Positions 9,925 to 22,182 are shown, counted from the whole stretch's first letter. The stretch is 62,715 nt of DNA, filler included, from Stramenopiles sp. TOSAG23-2 (GCA_900128395.1; 46 parts of 46 records of this genome joined end to end with filler, not necessarily neighbours in it), one strand, 5' to 3'. Notes: generated by a model not told the origin, from the sequence alone. Program-made: numbers and translations.

Positions 9925-10586
9925 TCATAGAGGCCGAACTATCCCAGCTAGCTCTATAGTAATTGAAGTATATGCTATTGTAGAATGCATGTAAATGACT
10001 GATTCTCCCACATTGTATGGAAATTTTTTGTTATCATATTTTATTGTGTTTAGAGTAAATTCGTTATAAGAATTCATTAATGTCTTAAGCTTTTCTGTAC
10101 AAATATTATTGCCATCACAGATATGTTTTTTAAACTTGTTGCAGAACATTGGTTCTGATTTCATTTTAAATTTAGTCGCTGGTGTTGTTATTGGAACCAA
10201 ACTTGACTTAAAACAAATTATGGAATAAATTAACGGATCCTTTACATTTAATATCAATTTTTCCATTCTTTGTGATATTTTTAAATGTTTCAATATTGAC
10301 CTTTTTTTATGCCTAGTATCACTACCGAAGTCATACCGTTCATACAATTCATCAATTGAATAGTGAAATGATTCATCATTGTACAAGTAATTTTTTTTTG
10401 TTGAATATACTTGTTTAGACTCATAAATATCATCATTTATGACACACATCAATACATTTGGATGCGGTCTAATAGTGCGTACGGTTTCAAATAATTTATT
10501 ATTTAATAATAAAATATTTTTTGTTTGTTGTTGACATACATTTACATTAGCTTCTGCTGCAATGAGTAAACTCGCCATTATCATCC
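9925..10586 (-). CDS. Hypothetical protein; begins with an ankyrin-like fragment
   Basis: >200 open codons in AT-rich DNA; LLIAAEANVN resembles an ankyrin repeat end; 5' end overlaps an opposite-strand EGF-like fragment. Confidence 0.55.
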
Positions 10587-10720
10587 AAAGTATATTGTAT
10601 GCTGATTTAGGTTGGACCGGAAACCATTGCAACGTGTGTGATAAGTGTTGGAAAGGCAAAGACTGTGACATTTGTAAGACAGGCTTCGACCAGAACACGA
10701 ATTGCAAGTGCGAGTTCTAA
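10562..10720 (+). CDS. EGF/laminin-like Cys-rich fragment
   Basis: DLGWTGNHCNVCDKCWKGKDCDICKTGFDQNTNCKCEF* (GWTG.HC, W.G.DC..C..GF pattern). Confidence 0.55.
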   Translation: MSKLAIIIQSILYADLGWTGNHCNVCDKCWKGKDCDICKTGFDQNTNCKCEF

Positions 10721-10990
10721 CCTTTTGGAAATCTGTCACTGGGATAAGATAGATATAAATGTAGATATAATATATATGCATTACATGAAAAAAAAATAGG
10801 TACAGGTACATTCAACCATTTACCATTTGAGGCATTTGGCACATGTGATAGGCACACTTCCCTTTAATAATATACGAATAATTTGTACNNNNNNNNNNNN
10901 NNNNNNNNNNNNNNNNNNNNNNNNNNNNNNNNTTAATTAATTAANNNNNNNNNNNNNNNNNNNNNNNNNNNNNNNNNNNNNNNNNNNNCC

Positions 10991-12259
10991 GTTGGAGGTA
11001 AAGTACCACAAGTTATTGCTACTGTTCAAGATATGATGACGAAATCCGTATTGGTACGTTACATTGATGCATCTACTGGTAAAGTTACGGTGACGGAGAA
11101 AATTGATTTGGAAATTATCGACATGTTCCTTTTACCAAATAAAAATCAACGAGGTGCAAATATCATGGTGCTTGTTGATGCAAATGATAATTTAGTCATT
11201 TTGCCAAAACAATCGAGTTCTAAAATGTCAAGTAGGGAATTTTTACAACAATATGAAAAATTGCATTTCTCAAGCGTGGATCAGGAACAATTGGCATTAA
11301 ATGGCTATGGTGCAACTGTGCATGAAGAAACCGATGAGTTGAAACGTTATAAATTATGGTCAGTTCAATTTCCAAAACGGAGTGATGGAACAACTAAAAT
11401 TGCTGCTATTTCATCTATCGAATCAAGTGGTGGTGGTTTAAATTCCCCGGTGCATATTTTAGGAGATGATAGTTTGATGCTAAAGCATTTGAATCCACAT
11501 TTAATAGCAGTAGCAGTCATCACATCTGAAAGAACTGATTCCAATATTTTGAAACAAACTGTCACTATTTCATTAATTGATGCTGTTACTGGGCGTGTCG
11601 TCCAACGATTTTTCCATAAAAATTGTGCCGGGCCAGTGAAAGTAACGCAAAGTGAAAATTGGGTATTTTATTCATATTGGAATATGAAAGCGCGCAGAAC
11701 AGAGATAAGCAGCATCGCATTGTATGATGGGGCAATCGATTCGAATTCCTTGAACCCATGGACGACCTTGCCAAAAGTTGTACAAAATGAAAACAAAGCG
11801 TTGGATACATCATTCTCATCCTACGACTCAGAACAGCCAGTTATTTTACAGAAAACATTTATTTTTCCATGCGGTATCACTTCATTATCTGGGGTACATA
11901 CACTCGGAGGCGTGACTGAAAAGCAATTATTAATAGGTACTGTGAATGGACAAATTTACTCATTAGACCGTAGGTTTTTAGACCCTCGTAGACCTTCAGG
12001 TAAACCATCTAAATCCGATCAAATGGAAGGCCTTATGCCATACATGCCTATTTTACCTGTAATGAACCAAAATGTCTTATCGTATACAAAAGAAATTGAA
12101 CGTTTAGACACGATTGTTAGTGCTCCAGCTGGACTTGAATCAACTACTTTAGTGTTGGGTTATGGGTTGGATATGTTTTTCACACGTGCAATGCCATCAC
12201 AAGGTTTTGATATTTTACCTGAAGAATTTCAATGGGAGTTATTGATTATTATGATTCTA
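10991..12259 (+). CDS. EMC1: ER membrane protein complex subunit 1, C-terminal region (truncated both ends)
   Basis: VHILGDDSLMLKHLNPH, LIDAVTGR, SENWVFYSYWN, RFLDPRRP, EGLMPYMP, LESTTLVLGYGLDMFFTR, FDIL.E.F then TM start. Confidence 0.96.
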
Positions 12260-12663
12260 NNNNNNNNNNNNNNNNNNNNNNNNNNNNNNNNNNNNNNNNN
12301 NNNTTAATTAATTAANNNNNNNNNNNNNNNNNNNNNNNNNNNNNNNNNNNNNNNNNNNNCTTCGTATTTTTATAGATTGAGAGAGTTTACACAAAATCAG
12401 CTTTTTATAAAAAACTCTTTTATAAAAAAAATACGAAAAAATATAAAAAATAATACACGACACACAACATATTTTTTAATATTATTTTTTTTGACCTTGT
12501 TTTTGCTAAAATCACATAAATTTTAATTTAACTCTTTCGTACGTGCGTACGTCATAATGCAAAGATTTTTATCTTTTCCTCCAAACATCTCTGCTAAAAG
12601 TTTTTCATCCTCGTAAAAATATGTAATTTAAAATACAAAATGCGCCCTCGAGAAGAGACGAAT

Positions 12664-13101
12664 TTAAACGTAACTTGCATTAGATCCGAACCTATGTGTA
12701 CCATCTGGATTAATCCCTAAATTATTACAAATTGTAACAAATTCTTCCAAAATCAATTCTCTGTATTTACCGCTGTTTGTTTGCAACATGTCCTCCAACT
12801 GTTTCAACGCGGTACTATTGCTTCCTTGCGTTTTCTCAATAAAAGACCGGAATTCATTGATATCCACGGAATTAGATCTGTCAGTATCTAGTCGCTCAAA
12901 CAAATCTAAATATTTTAGTCGCTCTGATAATTCCACTTTGTTTTGATTTGGATCTTGGCTGTTTGCAGATAAGAAATCAAATTGATCATATTCTGCAATA
13001 AAATTTTCATCGCTACATTTCGGCGATGATGGTGATGATCCCATTACTAAAAATATAGATAATTGGATAATAAATAACTTATAAACGATAGATAAGATCA
13101 T
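12664..13101 (-). CDS. Small secreted EF-hand protein
   Basis: Hydrophobic N-terminus; FERLDTDRSNSVDINEF canonical EF-hand. Confidence 0.8.
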   Translation of the reverse strand: MILSIVYKLFIIQLSIFLVMGSSPSSPKCSDENFIAEYDQFDFLSANSQDPNQNKVELSERLKYLDLFERLDTDRSNSVDINEFRSFIEKTQGSNSTALKQLEDMLQTNSGKYRELILEEFVTICNNLGINPDGTHRFGSNASYV

Positions 13102-15325
13102 GTTTGTTGTTTGTTTGTTGTTTGTAATATTGGAGTATTAAAATGTATATATTAATAGTATTATACCAATATGCTTTTACTGAATTTGTGATTTTCCTCG
13201 ATTTGTTAAGTAATTGTTTTTTCTTTATTGTTTTGTTTTTGTGAATTGTTACGTTCACATTCTTGTAAGATATTATTTTTTTGATATGTGTACATGATTA
13301 TTCATAGTGCATAATATATGGTGTAATGAGTGTCTATTTTTGCATGCCCAGCATGTGCAAAGATCGAAGATTAAGATTGTGTAATGCTGTGTCATGTATT
13401 TTAAAAATGTGTTCATATTGCACGATCCAAAAAAAAATAGGATAGCACTGACAAAATCGATGGAAAATAACACGGCACACAATGGAAAAATATTCAAATT
13501 TTCTGTAACTAGATCTTACATCTAAGCTATCGCAGAACCATTCAATTTGACATAGAAATTAATTTACATGGGAATATCATTGAGCGTTTTCATCAACCTC
13601 ATGAGTTTTCCATATTTAGGAGCAAAATACNNNNNNNNNNNNNNNNNNNNNNNNNNNNNNNNNNNNNNNNNNNNTTAATTAATTAANNNNNNNNNNNNNN
13701 NNNNNNNNNNNNNNNNNNNNNNNNNNNNNNCATTTGATTTGTATAACTACGTCGTAATAATTTTGTAGTTGATCTTGCAATTGCATTTAACATGTTAAAT
13801 ATTGATTTATATATATATATATATATATGTTTATTGGTATATGATATATTTATAGATATGATATGTATTATATGAAAACGATAATGAAAGTTGATGTTCT
13901 CTCTTCTTTTTTTGTATCATATACTGAATATCTGTATATATATAATAACATGTATAACATCTATCTATGTGTATCTATATATACTGTATAAATCTATTTT
14001 ATTATTATTCATATTCAAAAAGAAAATCTTCTTTTTTGTAGCTGTACCAGGTAACAACCCTATTTAGAACATGAAAAATGGATCTAATATGTTGTCTCTG
14101 CCACAAAACCTATTAATAAAATGACGATAATCTTTACTATCGATAAAAATATCTTCTTTCACTTTTTTCTGTCTCCCCTCCTTCACTTCAACCTGTACAT
14201 ATAACCCAAAAGTGTGTATCGCCCCGAAAATAATTTAAATATTCACCATGTACTTCAAGTGCGTCCATATTCACACCGTTAGTTGAAGACATTTTTTTAA
14301 TACTTTTTATATATGCCAAATTATTAACTGATGCTACTATTGTTCCATACACTGCCTCCCCAAGTGTGCATGTGCTTGCGTTACTGCCAAGCAAGCCCAT
14401 AGGGCATAAACTACATTATTAAATGTTTAATGATTTGGACCTTTATTGATTCTTCACCACTATGTTAATTAAACAGCATATTGCTGACCACAATATCTCC
14501 ATAATTGCATGTAAAGAAATCTTCACTGGTTGCAACTACTTTTACCATTCAACTAATGATTCTAACATTTGAAAAAGTAATCGACAATTGCAAGTAACAT
14601 ATGTGTGGGAACATGAAAGAAGTAATTGATGCTCTGGGTGTATTAATTTTGACAGAAATGTATACAAGTAGTTGGCCTGAATAATGCATTTTGGAAAAAA
14701 TAGATGCATAGAATTCCAGATGAAGTTGGAAGTGTTGTGTCGAATGTGTATTTGTAGTATTCTAATTTCGCTTTCAAGTATAAATTATTGTTATTTGATA
14801 GGGGGATCTAGTTTTACTTTACTATAGGAAAAAACCTTACTGCTGAGACGTTTTATTGGATTTATCTGTTGAAACACATGCACCAATGCACATCAAATTA
14901 ATACACAAATGGACAACAACATGTAAATATAGACACACATTTTAATAATGTTAATTAATAAAATATATATACAATTGATAAAAGGTAATATTTGTTAACA
15001 NNNNNNNNNNNNNNNNNNNNNNNNNNNNNNNNNNNNNNNNNNNNTTAATTAATTAANNNNNNNNNNNNNNNNNNNNNNNNNNNNNNNNNNNNNNNNNNNN
15101 CCTTAAATTTTCCCAATATAACCAAGACAATTAAGGCATCTAACTTAACGCTATTCCGCTGTAATTAAAATTACAGTAAGCGTAATCTTATGCTGTATTA
15201 TGGTTTAAGAGACTGAAAATTTAAGGGAAGATTGGGAACTTTAAGACACTGTAACTTTGCGATAGCATACGCCAAATAAAATTCCTTAGTCTTTTTATAG
15301 GACATAATATGTTTAAGTATGAAAT

Positions 15326-15472
15326 GTAAAAAGCAAAATCCCTTTTTTTCGGCGGCGAGTAAAAAAGCAAAATCCCTTTTTTTCGGCGGTGAGTAAAAAA
15401 GCAAAATCCCTTTTTTGTTGACAGCGAGTAAAAAAGCAAAATCCCTTTTTGTATGCCAAATAGCAAAATCGC
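15326..15472. repeat. Minisatellite, 4+ x 33-35 bp
   Basis: GTAAAAAAGCAAAATCCCTTTTT units at ~15326, 15359, 15393, 15428, partial at 15461. Confidence 0.95.
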
Positions 15473-15499
15473 TATTTTACCATCTACAAATATTTTGTC

Positions 15500-15660
15500 A
15501 ATAAAACACTATAGTAGCCTATAGCAAAATATTAAGCAATTCCCATACGGCGTAAAAATTATGATCACGTAAATTTAATGATTACACGCTATTATAGCTT
15601 CCGCCTAATTTTCTTTAATAAAACACTATAGTAGCCTATAGCAAAATCTTAAGCAATTTC
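15500..15660. repeat. Direct repeat, 2 x ~43 bp
   Basis: AATAAAACACTATAGTAGCCTATAGCAAAAT.TTAAGCAATT at ~15500 and ~15617, each followed by CCATACGGCG. Confidence 0.92.
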
Positions 15661-15755
15661 TATCTCTCCTGCCCATACGGCGGCAGGCTGGCGAGCTAGC
15701 TGGCGTATGCCCAATTACTATAAAAAATACTACCATAGATCCTTCCTATATAATT

Positions 15756-15888
15756 TGCGAAGGAAACGAAGGAAAATCAACAAAAAAATAATATAATGAA
15801 AAGTTGAGAGAAAAGTTGAGAGTAAAAAAAAATTCTCAACTTTTTGAAAAAAAAAAAAAAAGGTCGATTTCCCTTCGTTTCCTTCGCA
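15756..15888. repeat. Nested inverted repeat around AT-rich core
   Basis: TGCGAAGGAAACGAAGGAAAATC / GATTTCCCTTCGTTTCCTTCGCA (one mismatch); inner AAAAGTTGAGA x2 / TCTCAACTTTT. Confidence 0.92.
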
Positions 15889-16102
15889 CATAGGCAAAAG
15901 TATAAGCGACATTAAGAAAAGTTATACTAACCCCTTTTTTTTTCCATTACACTCCCTTCGCAAAATCGATGATTTTGGCTGTTTTTATGCCATTTTTCTC
16001 AAAATCACCAAAAAATCAGCAAAAAAACGTGAAAAAAACGCATTATTTTTATCAAAAAATGATGAATTTTGGCAAAAATATGTCAAAAATGAACGATTTT
16101 TA

Positions 16103-16369
16103 TCAAAAAAACAGTGAAATTTGAGCAGTATCTGTGTATGTTTTATTATAACCACTTGATAAAATTTTTTTCAGATTATTCATATTAATAGGCTCTTTGA
16201 TCTGTTTATCAAAATGGAATAAGTTACTGGTATTTTTTTTAATAATCCATAAATTCGAGTTTTTCATTTCTAAAGTATTGTTCGATTTTTTTTTGTTGCG
16301 TCGAACGAAATTTTTATTTTTAGATTCTGTTATGGTAGATTCCATTTTACTTTCTGTTATGGTAGATTA
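16103..16369 (-). CDS. C-terminal fragment of a Lys/Asn-rich hypothetical protein
   Basis: Open to contig edge with repeated STITESK; no family recognised. Confidence 0.4.
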
Positions 16370-16777
16370 NNNNNNNNNNNNNNNNNNNNNNNNNNNNNNN
16401 NNNNNNNNNNNNNTTAATTAATTAANNNNNNNNNNNNNNNNNNNNNNNNNNNNNNNNNNNNNNNNNNNNTACAAGTATAGCAGATTTGTAGTGTTTGATG
16501 TATTTGATAGACAAGGGAATTTTTACACTCAATCTTATCTCCATGCTATCTGGCTATTATTTTCTATTTTCACGAAAATCCGCAGTTTGCAGTTTTTGCC
16601 AGTTTGCAGGAATGTGCAAATCCTGGAAATCAACGGCACTTTTTTTACCTTTGTTGCCTTTATATTGAATTTATATCACTGCTTTTTTTGGTACTGTAAG
16701 TATAAGTTTGTAAGATTTGCAATTGGAAAAGAACATCCAAAGTAAAGAAACCAGTAGATAGTCAATTTTACTATTTT

Positions 16778-17567
16778 TATGTCTACGAAAGATATTATGC
16801 AAGTGTAATATCATTTGTAGGACCAATTATAGGTTTTTATATATTAATATCCACCTTTTTAGACATGTTTACTGCTTCACAACAAAAGCAAAATGATAAT
16901 GGTACTACGAATAATAATTTAATAAACATTAAGAAACAAACATTGAAACAATATCTAATGAAACGGAAATTTCCACCGAATTTAATTAAAAAAATAAATA
17001 CAGTTGATAGTTTTAATGAAATAGCATTACTTGATCAATTGCCATATGAGTTACGCGAGGATATGAAAATGTATAAAGCAAAAGTAGCATTAGCTAAAAC
17101 ACCATTATTTGAAACGACAAGCAAACGTTTTATTGATGCGTTAAGCAAAAAATTTACATTCAATTCGTTTGCACGTCACCAATATGTCATAAATGCAGGC
17201 ACTACCATGTATAATATGGAACTACACATTATACGACGCGGAGTTTTGGAACAAATCGATGCTGCAATGAATGATATTCTTTGGATTTATCATGACAATG
17301 AGATATTTGGATCAAATGCATTGATGCAACGTAAAATTGCGTATAAATTTTCTTTACGAGCACGCTTTTATACAGAAGTGTTTTCATTATCAAAAAAATC
17401 ATATTTTGATGTATTAAATAAATTTCCAGATGACTTTAGAACTATATCAACACGATTTCCACGTGATGATATCAGGCAACTTATGGAACTTTTGAAAAAA
17501 GATATGATAAAGTCTAAAGAGAAGAGCAAACATGATGAAGATTTCGATAATCATAGTAGTAGTAGTA

Positions 17568-17603
<36 letters not shown>

Positions 17604-17737
17604 CTATAGCAAATGACAACAACAAAGGAAAAAAAGTGGATTTACAATCAACTGGTACAAATTTAATATTTTATAAAGAAGTCAGTATTTTGAAAATATT
17701 GTTGGAACAAGAAAAAATAGATCCAAATGCATGTTAG
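16778..17737 (+). CDS. Cyclic-nucleotide-binding ion channel (KCNH/CNG/HCN-like), last TM + C-linker + CNBD
   Basis: Frame open upstream of ORF-track start (ERYYASVISFVGPIIGFYILISTFLDM); LKQYLMKRKFP, LLDQLPYELREDM, PLFE, IIRRGVLE, EIFG, FSLSKKSYFDVLNKFP. Confidence 0.88.
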
Positions 17738-17837
17738 NNNNNNNNNNNNNNNNNNNNNNNNNNNNNNNNNNNNNNNNNNNNTTAATTAATTAANNNNNNN
17801 NNNNNNNNNNNNNNNNNNNNNNNNNNNNNNNNNNNNN

Positions 17838-18743
17838 CAAACTATTTTTAAAACATCAATCCATTTATTTACTTCATTTACATCATTACAATAAAATGAA
17901 TATTTCATTGTCTTTGTTTCATTTTCAAGTGTAAATGAAAATGGCTGATTCTCATTTTCATTATTATTATTTTTAGTAACATCAGTTACATCATAATTTC
18001 GTAATATAAATCCGTGTATAGGTGTATCTGCAAATGAATCTACGTATAAAAGTAGCATTCCATTTTCCTTTACAGATACCCAACGCGATATAGGATAAGG
18101 ATAATCATCCATTTTCACTAAAAGCCAACCAGACGTATCAACTATTATTATACTACTGTCGTCGTCTTTGCCATTATTGTTGTTGTTGTTATTGAAATTA
18201 ACTTGACTAGGGGATGCAGCTTTATTTCTTACATCACCATTCAATGGCGATGTACTTGTTTCTGCATTTTTACTGGCAATCCTGATTGTCGTTGGTGTTG
18301 GTGTTTTTTCAACATTATCTTCCAAAGATGATGTTATGTTTAACATTCTTATTTTGTTTCTTCTTAGCGTTTGTTTCTTTAGTAACAGAGGAGTTATTCA
18401 TAGTAGTAGTGGTTGAAGGTTCAACAATATCCGTATTTGGTGTCGTTATATCTGATATGATTGCATTTTTATCCGGCGTATCTTTATTTACAGATGTCTT
18501 GACATCATTTTTCACAACAACTCCTGCCTTTGCTGATAAATATAATTTATGATATTTCCCTTTTTCAACAATTACGTTCTTATATTGAGTTTCTACTGTT
18601 TTAATTTCTTTTTCTAAATAATGTTTCTCATCTTCCCATAATATTTTTTCCCGTTGATGTTTTAAAATGAGTTCCTTCTCTCGCAATTGGTATTCTTGCT
18701 TGATCTTTTGCAAGTTCTCAATCAATCCATCCATCTGATCCAT
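17838..18743 (-). CDS. Coiled-coil + PH domain protein with apparent +1 frameshift near 18315-18400 (3'-truncated)
   Basis: ORF 18315-18743 coiled coil overlaps ORF starting 18346 with PH motifs (SGWLLV, RWVSV, FSFTL, YSFYC...EVNKWIDVL). Confidence 0.75.
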
Positions 18744-19205
18744 GGTTACCTTTGATTATGTAAGAACGCACAAAGTTATTCGTCTATTGTATGTATGTAC
18801 ATAATGTCTTCTATAATTTCTGTGAACTGTTGTATCTAATATATAACATAAATATATTTTTGTTTTATATGTTGTTTTTCTCAGGCATATGTCCATGCTA
18901 TTGCACTGGTCGTTATTTATTAAAATGATTTTTTTTGCATAATAATTATTAGGTCATAACTACGACGAAAACGAATTTATAGGCCGCGGTGTGGTCGATG
19001 CATTGTTGATGCTGTGTTCATGCTAATTTTGTTTCCAATCGATAGTACATCCTGTTATGTGGTTAAAATCGTCAAGCAGTTGCTAAATATAATAATGTTA
19101 TAATTNNNNNNNNNNNNNNNNNNNNNNNNNNNNNNNNNNNNNNNNNNNNTTAATTAATTAANNNNNNNNNNNNNNNNNNNNNNNNNNNNNNNNNNNNNNN
19201 NNNNN

Positions 19206-19257
19206 TTCAAAAGAATACAATAACTGAAATAATCTATCTCACACTAGTGTGTTGATA
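19206..19257. repeat. Dispersed repeat family copy (also ~32575-32691, ~33189-33344, ~61270-61358)
   Basis: 31-bp exact match 19206-19236 = 61316-61346; blocks TCAAAAGAATACA, AATAATCTA, CTATCTCAC shared with other contigs. Confidence 0.8.
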
Positions 19258-19381
19258 TTCTCATAATCGAGAATACCAATGAATATATAAATTTAAAGAT
19301 TTTATATAAAAAATTCTCTTATTTATTAATTTAAAGATTTTATTTACTCATATATGTCATACGAACGTATATTTTAAATTT

Positions 19382-20023
19382 TTACAACTTAAAATATTCT
19401 ATGACAAAAGGTGTCTCTGGTTTTACTAAAAATGATGAATCTTTTATATTCTGTAATTTTCTTGCTTCGTCATCTACTCTTCGTAGCAAATCAGTTTTTG
19501 AATTATTAGATTCAAATGATCCGGTTAACAGCAATGATGGTAAACGAACATTATTATGCCTTTCTTTTCTTGACATTTTTCTACCAGCACGAGCAGAGTA
19601 ATATCGACGCCAGCAAGATAAATTTTTCTGTTGGTATGAGTCTTTATCATTATTATTATTAGACCATCGAGTTTGATTATTTATTATGGCATTATTGTTC
19701 ATCATCTCACCGTCATTATCGTTATATTGTTGAATTAATTGTGCTATGACTTCATATTCTCCAACACTTTCATATAGTAATGCAGTACGAATTGGTGCAT
19801 TAATAAGTCTATTTCGTTTTATTATAGTACCTCGTATTGAAATGTTTCCACCAATAACAAGGTAAACGGTGGTGGCTTTATCCCCTTTCTTAAATACCAC
19901 TTGCCTTTTTTTAAATTGCTTCATTGAACAATCTTTAATAACATCTTTCACATCATCATATTTTAAACCAGCAAAGCAAAATGTTTTCATCGCTATTAAC
20001 AGACGGAAACAAGGGACACACAA
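19382..20023 (-). CDS. cNMP-binding domain protein (fragment)
   Basis: FKKRQVVFKKGDKATTVYLVIGGNISI, ESVGE, RRYYSARA. Confidence 0.75.
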   Translation of the reverse strand: MCVPCFRLLIAMKTFCFAGLKYDDVKDVIKDCSMKQFKKRQVVFKKGDKATTVYLVIGGNISIRGTIIKRNRLINAPIRTALLYESVGEYEVIAQLIQQYNDNDGEMMNNNAIINNQTRWSNNNNDKDSYQQKNLSCWRRYYSARAGRKMSRKERHNNVRLPSLLLTGSFESNNSKTDLLRRVDDEARKLQNIKDSSFLVKPETPFVIEYFKL

Positions 20024-20573
20024 AAATTAGAGATAATTAAAATTACTGGAGGTGTCACGATATTATAAACTTTATTTTAATAAATGACCGCTGTACTCTT
20101 TTTTTAAAAAAAAAATACAAAATGGAATGTGTAGCACTGTACATAATATTTTAACAGAGTATTAAATGTTAAATGTGTCAAATGAATATATGTGGGGATA
20201 CATGTGCACATGTAGCTTGTAAAGAGATACTTAAACAAAACTAATTATTAAACTGTTTAACTCCTCTCTCTGCTCTCCAGCTCTCTACCAGGTAGCGTTA
20301 CCAGGTATTTACCTGGAGCTGGAGCTCTACTGTAGCTGTAGCTATATACCTTAAGATAATCTAGGCATGTTGTTCTGTTTAAGGTAAGTCTCGTCCTATG
20401 TGCGTTGTTTTCAATTTTCAACAGAAAAAAATATTCATGAATTGATGATATCATCCACCCATTCCCCAACGATNNNNNNNNNNNNNNNNNNNNNNNNNNN
20501 NNNNNNNNNNNNNNNNNTTAATTAATTAANNNNNNNNNNNNNNNNNNNNNNNNNNNNNNNNNNNNNNNNNNNN

Positions 20574-21841
20574 TGGAATACGCCCCAGCAAATTACCCTC
20601 AGTGCTAGCGGCGACGATATAGACAACGATGTGGATGAAGAAATGTTTGAAGTGCTGTACTATGCATCTACAGCAGACTCGATATTTCAATCGAAAGCAA
20701 CCAACAACACAGTCATTACGCGTATTGCGGACGATGATACTGCTGGTATCATAATCGAAAGTGACAACATTATTGCATTGACCGAAGGTAGCGGGAATAA
20801 GACGCTCAATATAAAACAATTAGCATCTGAACCGTTGCATGATGTCACCATTTCCATAACGTCATCCTCCGCACTCATCGAAGCAACGCCAACAAGTATG
20901 ACAGTACTAAAGTCGAATTGGAATACAATGAATCAAGAAATTACTGTAAAAGCCATAGATGGTGATTACAGTGGTGGTACAACGTTTACAGTAAAATTAT
21001 CGTGTACTAGTGTGGATCCAAAGTACAATAGTGCATCAACAGATGTAAATCAAGCTGTAACAGTAGCAACCGTTGGTCCAACAAAAGGTGAAATAGTTAT
21101 TCCACAAACAGGTCAATCCAGTGAAGGAAGCGCATACACATACTCTGTAAGACTGTCGATGGCGCCAGCAGATGTATCAAAGAGCGTCACCGTAGGCATT
21201 ACGTCATCGGATAACACAAAATGTACACTGTCTGCATCATCCGTTGAGTTGAAAAATAGTAATTACGAAAACGGTATAACCGTAGCTGTTACTTTGCTGG
21301 ATAATGTTGTGGATGAAGGAACCGACCAAACTTCGTTTACATGTACATTAACGCATACCGTTACACAAACGACAGATTCTTACTACACAAATATCGGCAC
21401 GAAAACGTTGATATTAAACAGTGTCAACAACGACAACGCGGATGCCAAATTGCAATTGGTAGCAGCAGGTGGTGGGTTTGAGTATAAATTAAAAGTGGTT
21501 GGTCCATTGGCAATTACCGAGGGGACCGATACCTCATATGGTTTGGTATTGGACACCGAGCCAACACAAAATGTGATGGTATACCCAGCCATCACATCAC
21601 CACGAAGCAATACACCGTTGAGTGTGACATTGTCGCCATCTAAAGTTGCATTTACACCTTCCAACTGGAATACGCCCCAGCAAATTACCCTCAGTGCTAG
21701 CGGCGACGATATAGACAACGATGTGGATGAAGAAATGTTTGAAGTGCTGTACTATGCATCTACAGCAGACTCGATATTTCAATCGAAAGCAACCAACAAC
21801 ACAGTCATTACGCGTATTGCGGACGATGATACTGCTGGTAT
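20574..21841 (+). CDS. Internal fragment of a large repetitive Ig-like/Calx-beta-associated surface protein
   Basis: Open across whole contig; Thr/Val/Ser-rich beta modules with FTPSNWNTPQ, KSNWNTMNQ, NSNYENG; 364-aa super-repeat. Confidence 0.85.
21666..21841. repeat. 176-bp direct repeat of contig start (20574-20749), period 1092 bp
   Basis: TGGAATACGCCCCAGCAAATT...GATACTGCTGGTAT at both ends, same frame. Confidence 0.97.
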
Positions 21842-22182
21842 NNNNNNNNNNNNNNNNNNNNNNNNNNNNNNNNNNNNNNNNNNNNTTAATTAATTAANNN
21901 NNNNNNNNNNNNNNNNNNNNNNNNNNNNNNNNNNNNNNNNNGTAAAACTGTAACTAAAATTAATCTTTTTTTTTTTTTTTTTTTATTAGAAAAAAACAAC
22001 ACATTATTATAGTGCTATAGCGGTGCTATAATTATTATTTTATCACATAATAAAACTTATATATTATATATATACCCATAAATCAACATACAAAAGGATA
22101 CATATATACTGTATTATTATTTCCATATATATACAAATACACAATATATAATCCATCATTAGACAACCAAAAGTTAAGAAAT

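Noticed and set aside
14188-14700. Coding-like fragments (CSLCPMG..STC)
   Set aside because: Stops in the frames examined; possibly a decayed gene but no supportable call.
17571-17601. (AAT)n and (TA)n tracts
   Set aside because: Ordinary poly-Asn and microsatellites seen throughout this AT-rich genome.
20275-20345. CTCCAGCTC/GAGCTGGAG and CCAGGTA/TACCTGG inverted repeats
   Set aside because: Short and low complexity; similar CCAGG/CCACC-rich patches at ~38045, ~42525 and ~52780 have no alignable consensus.
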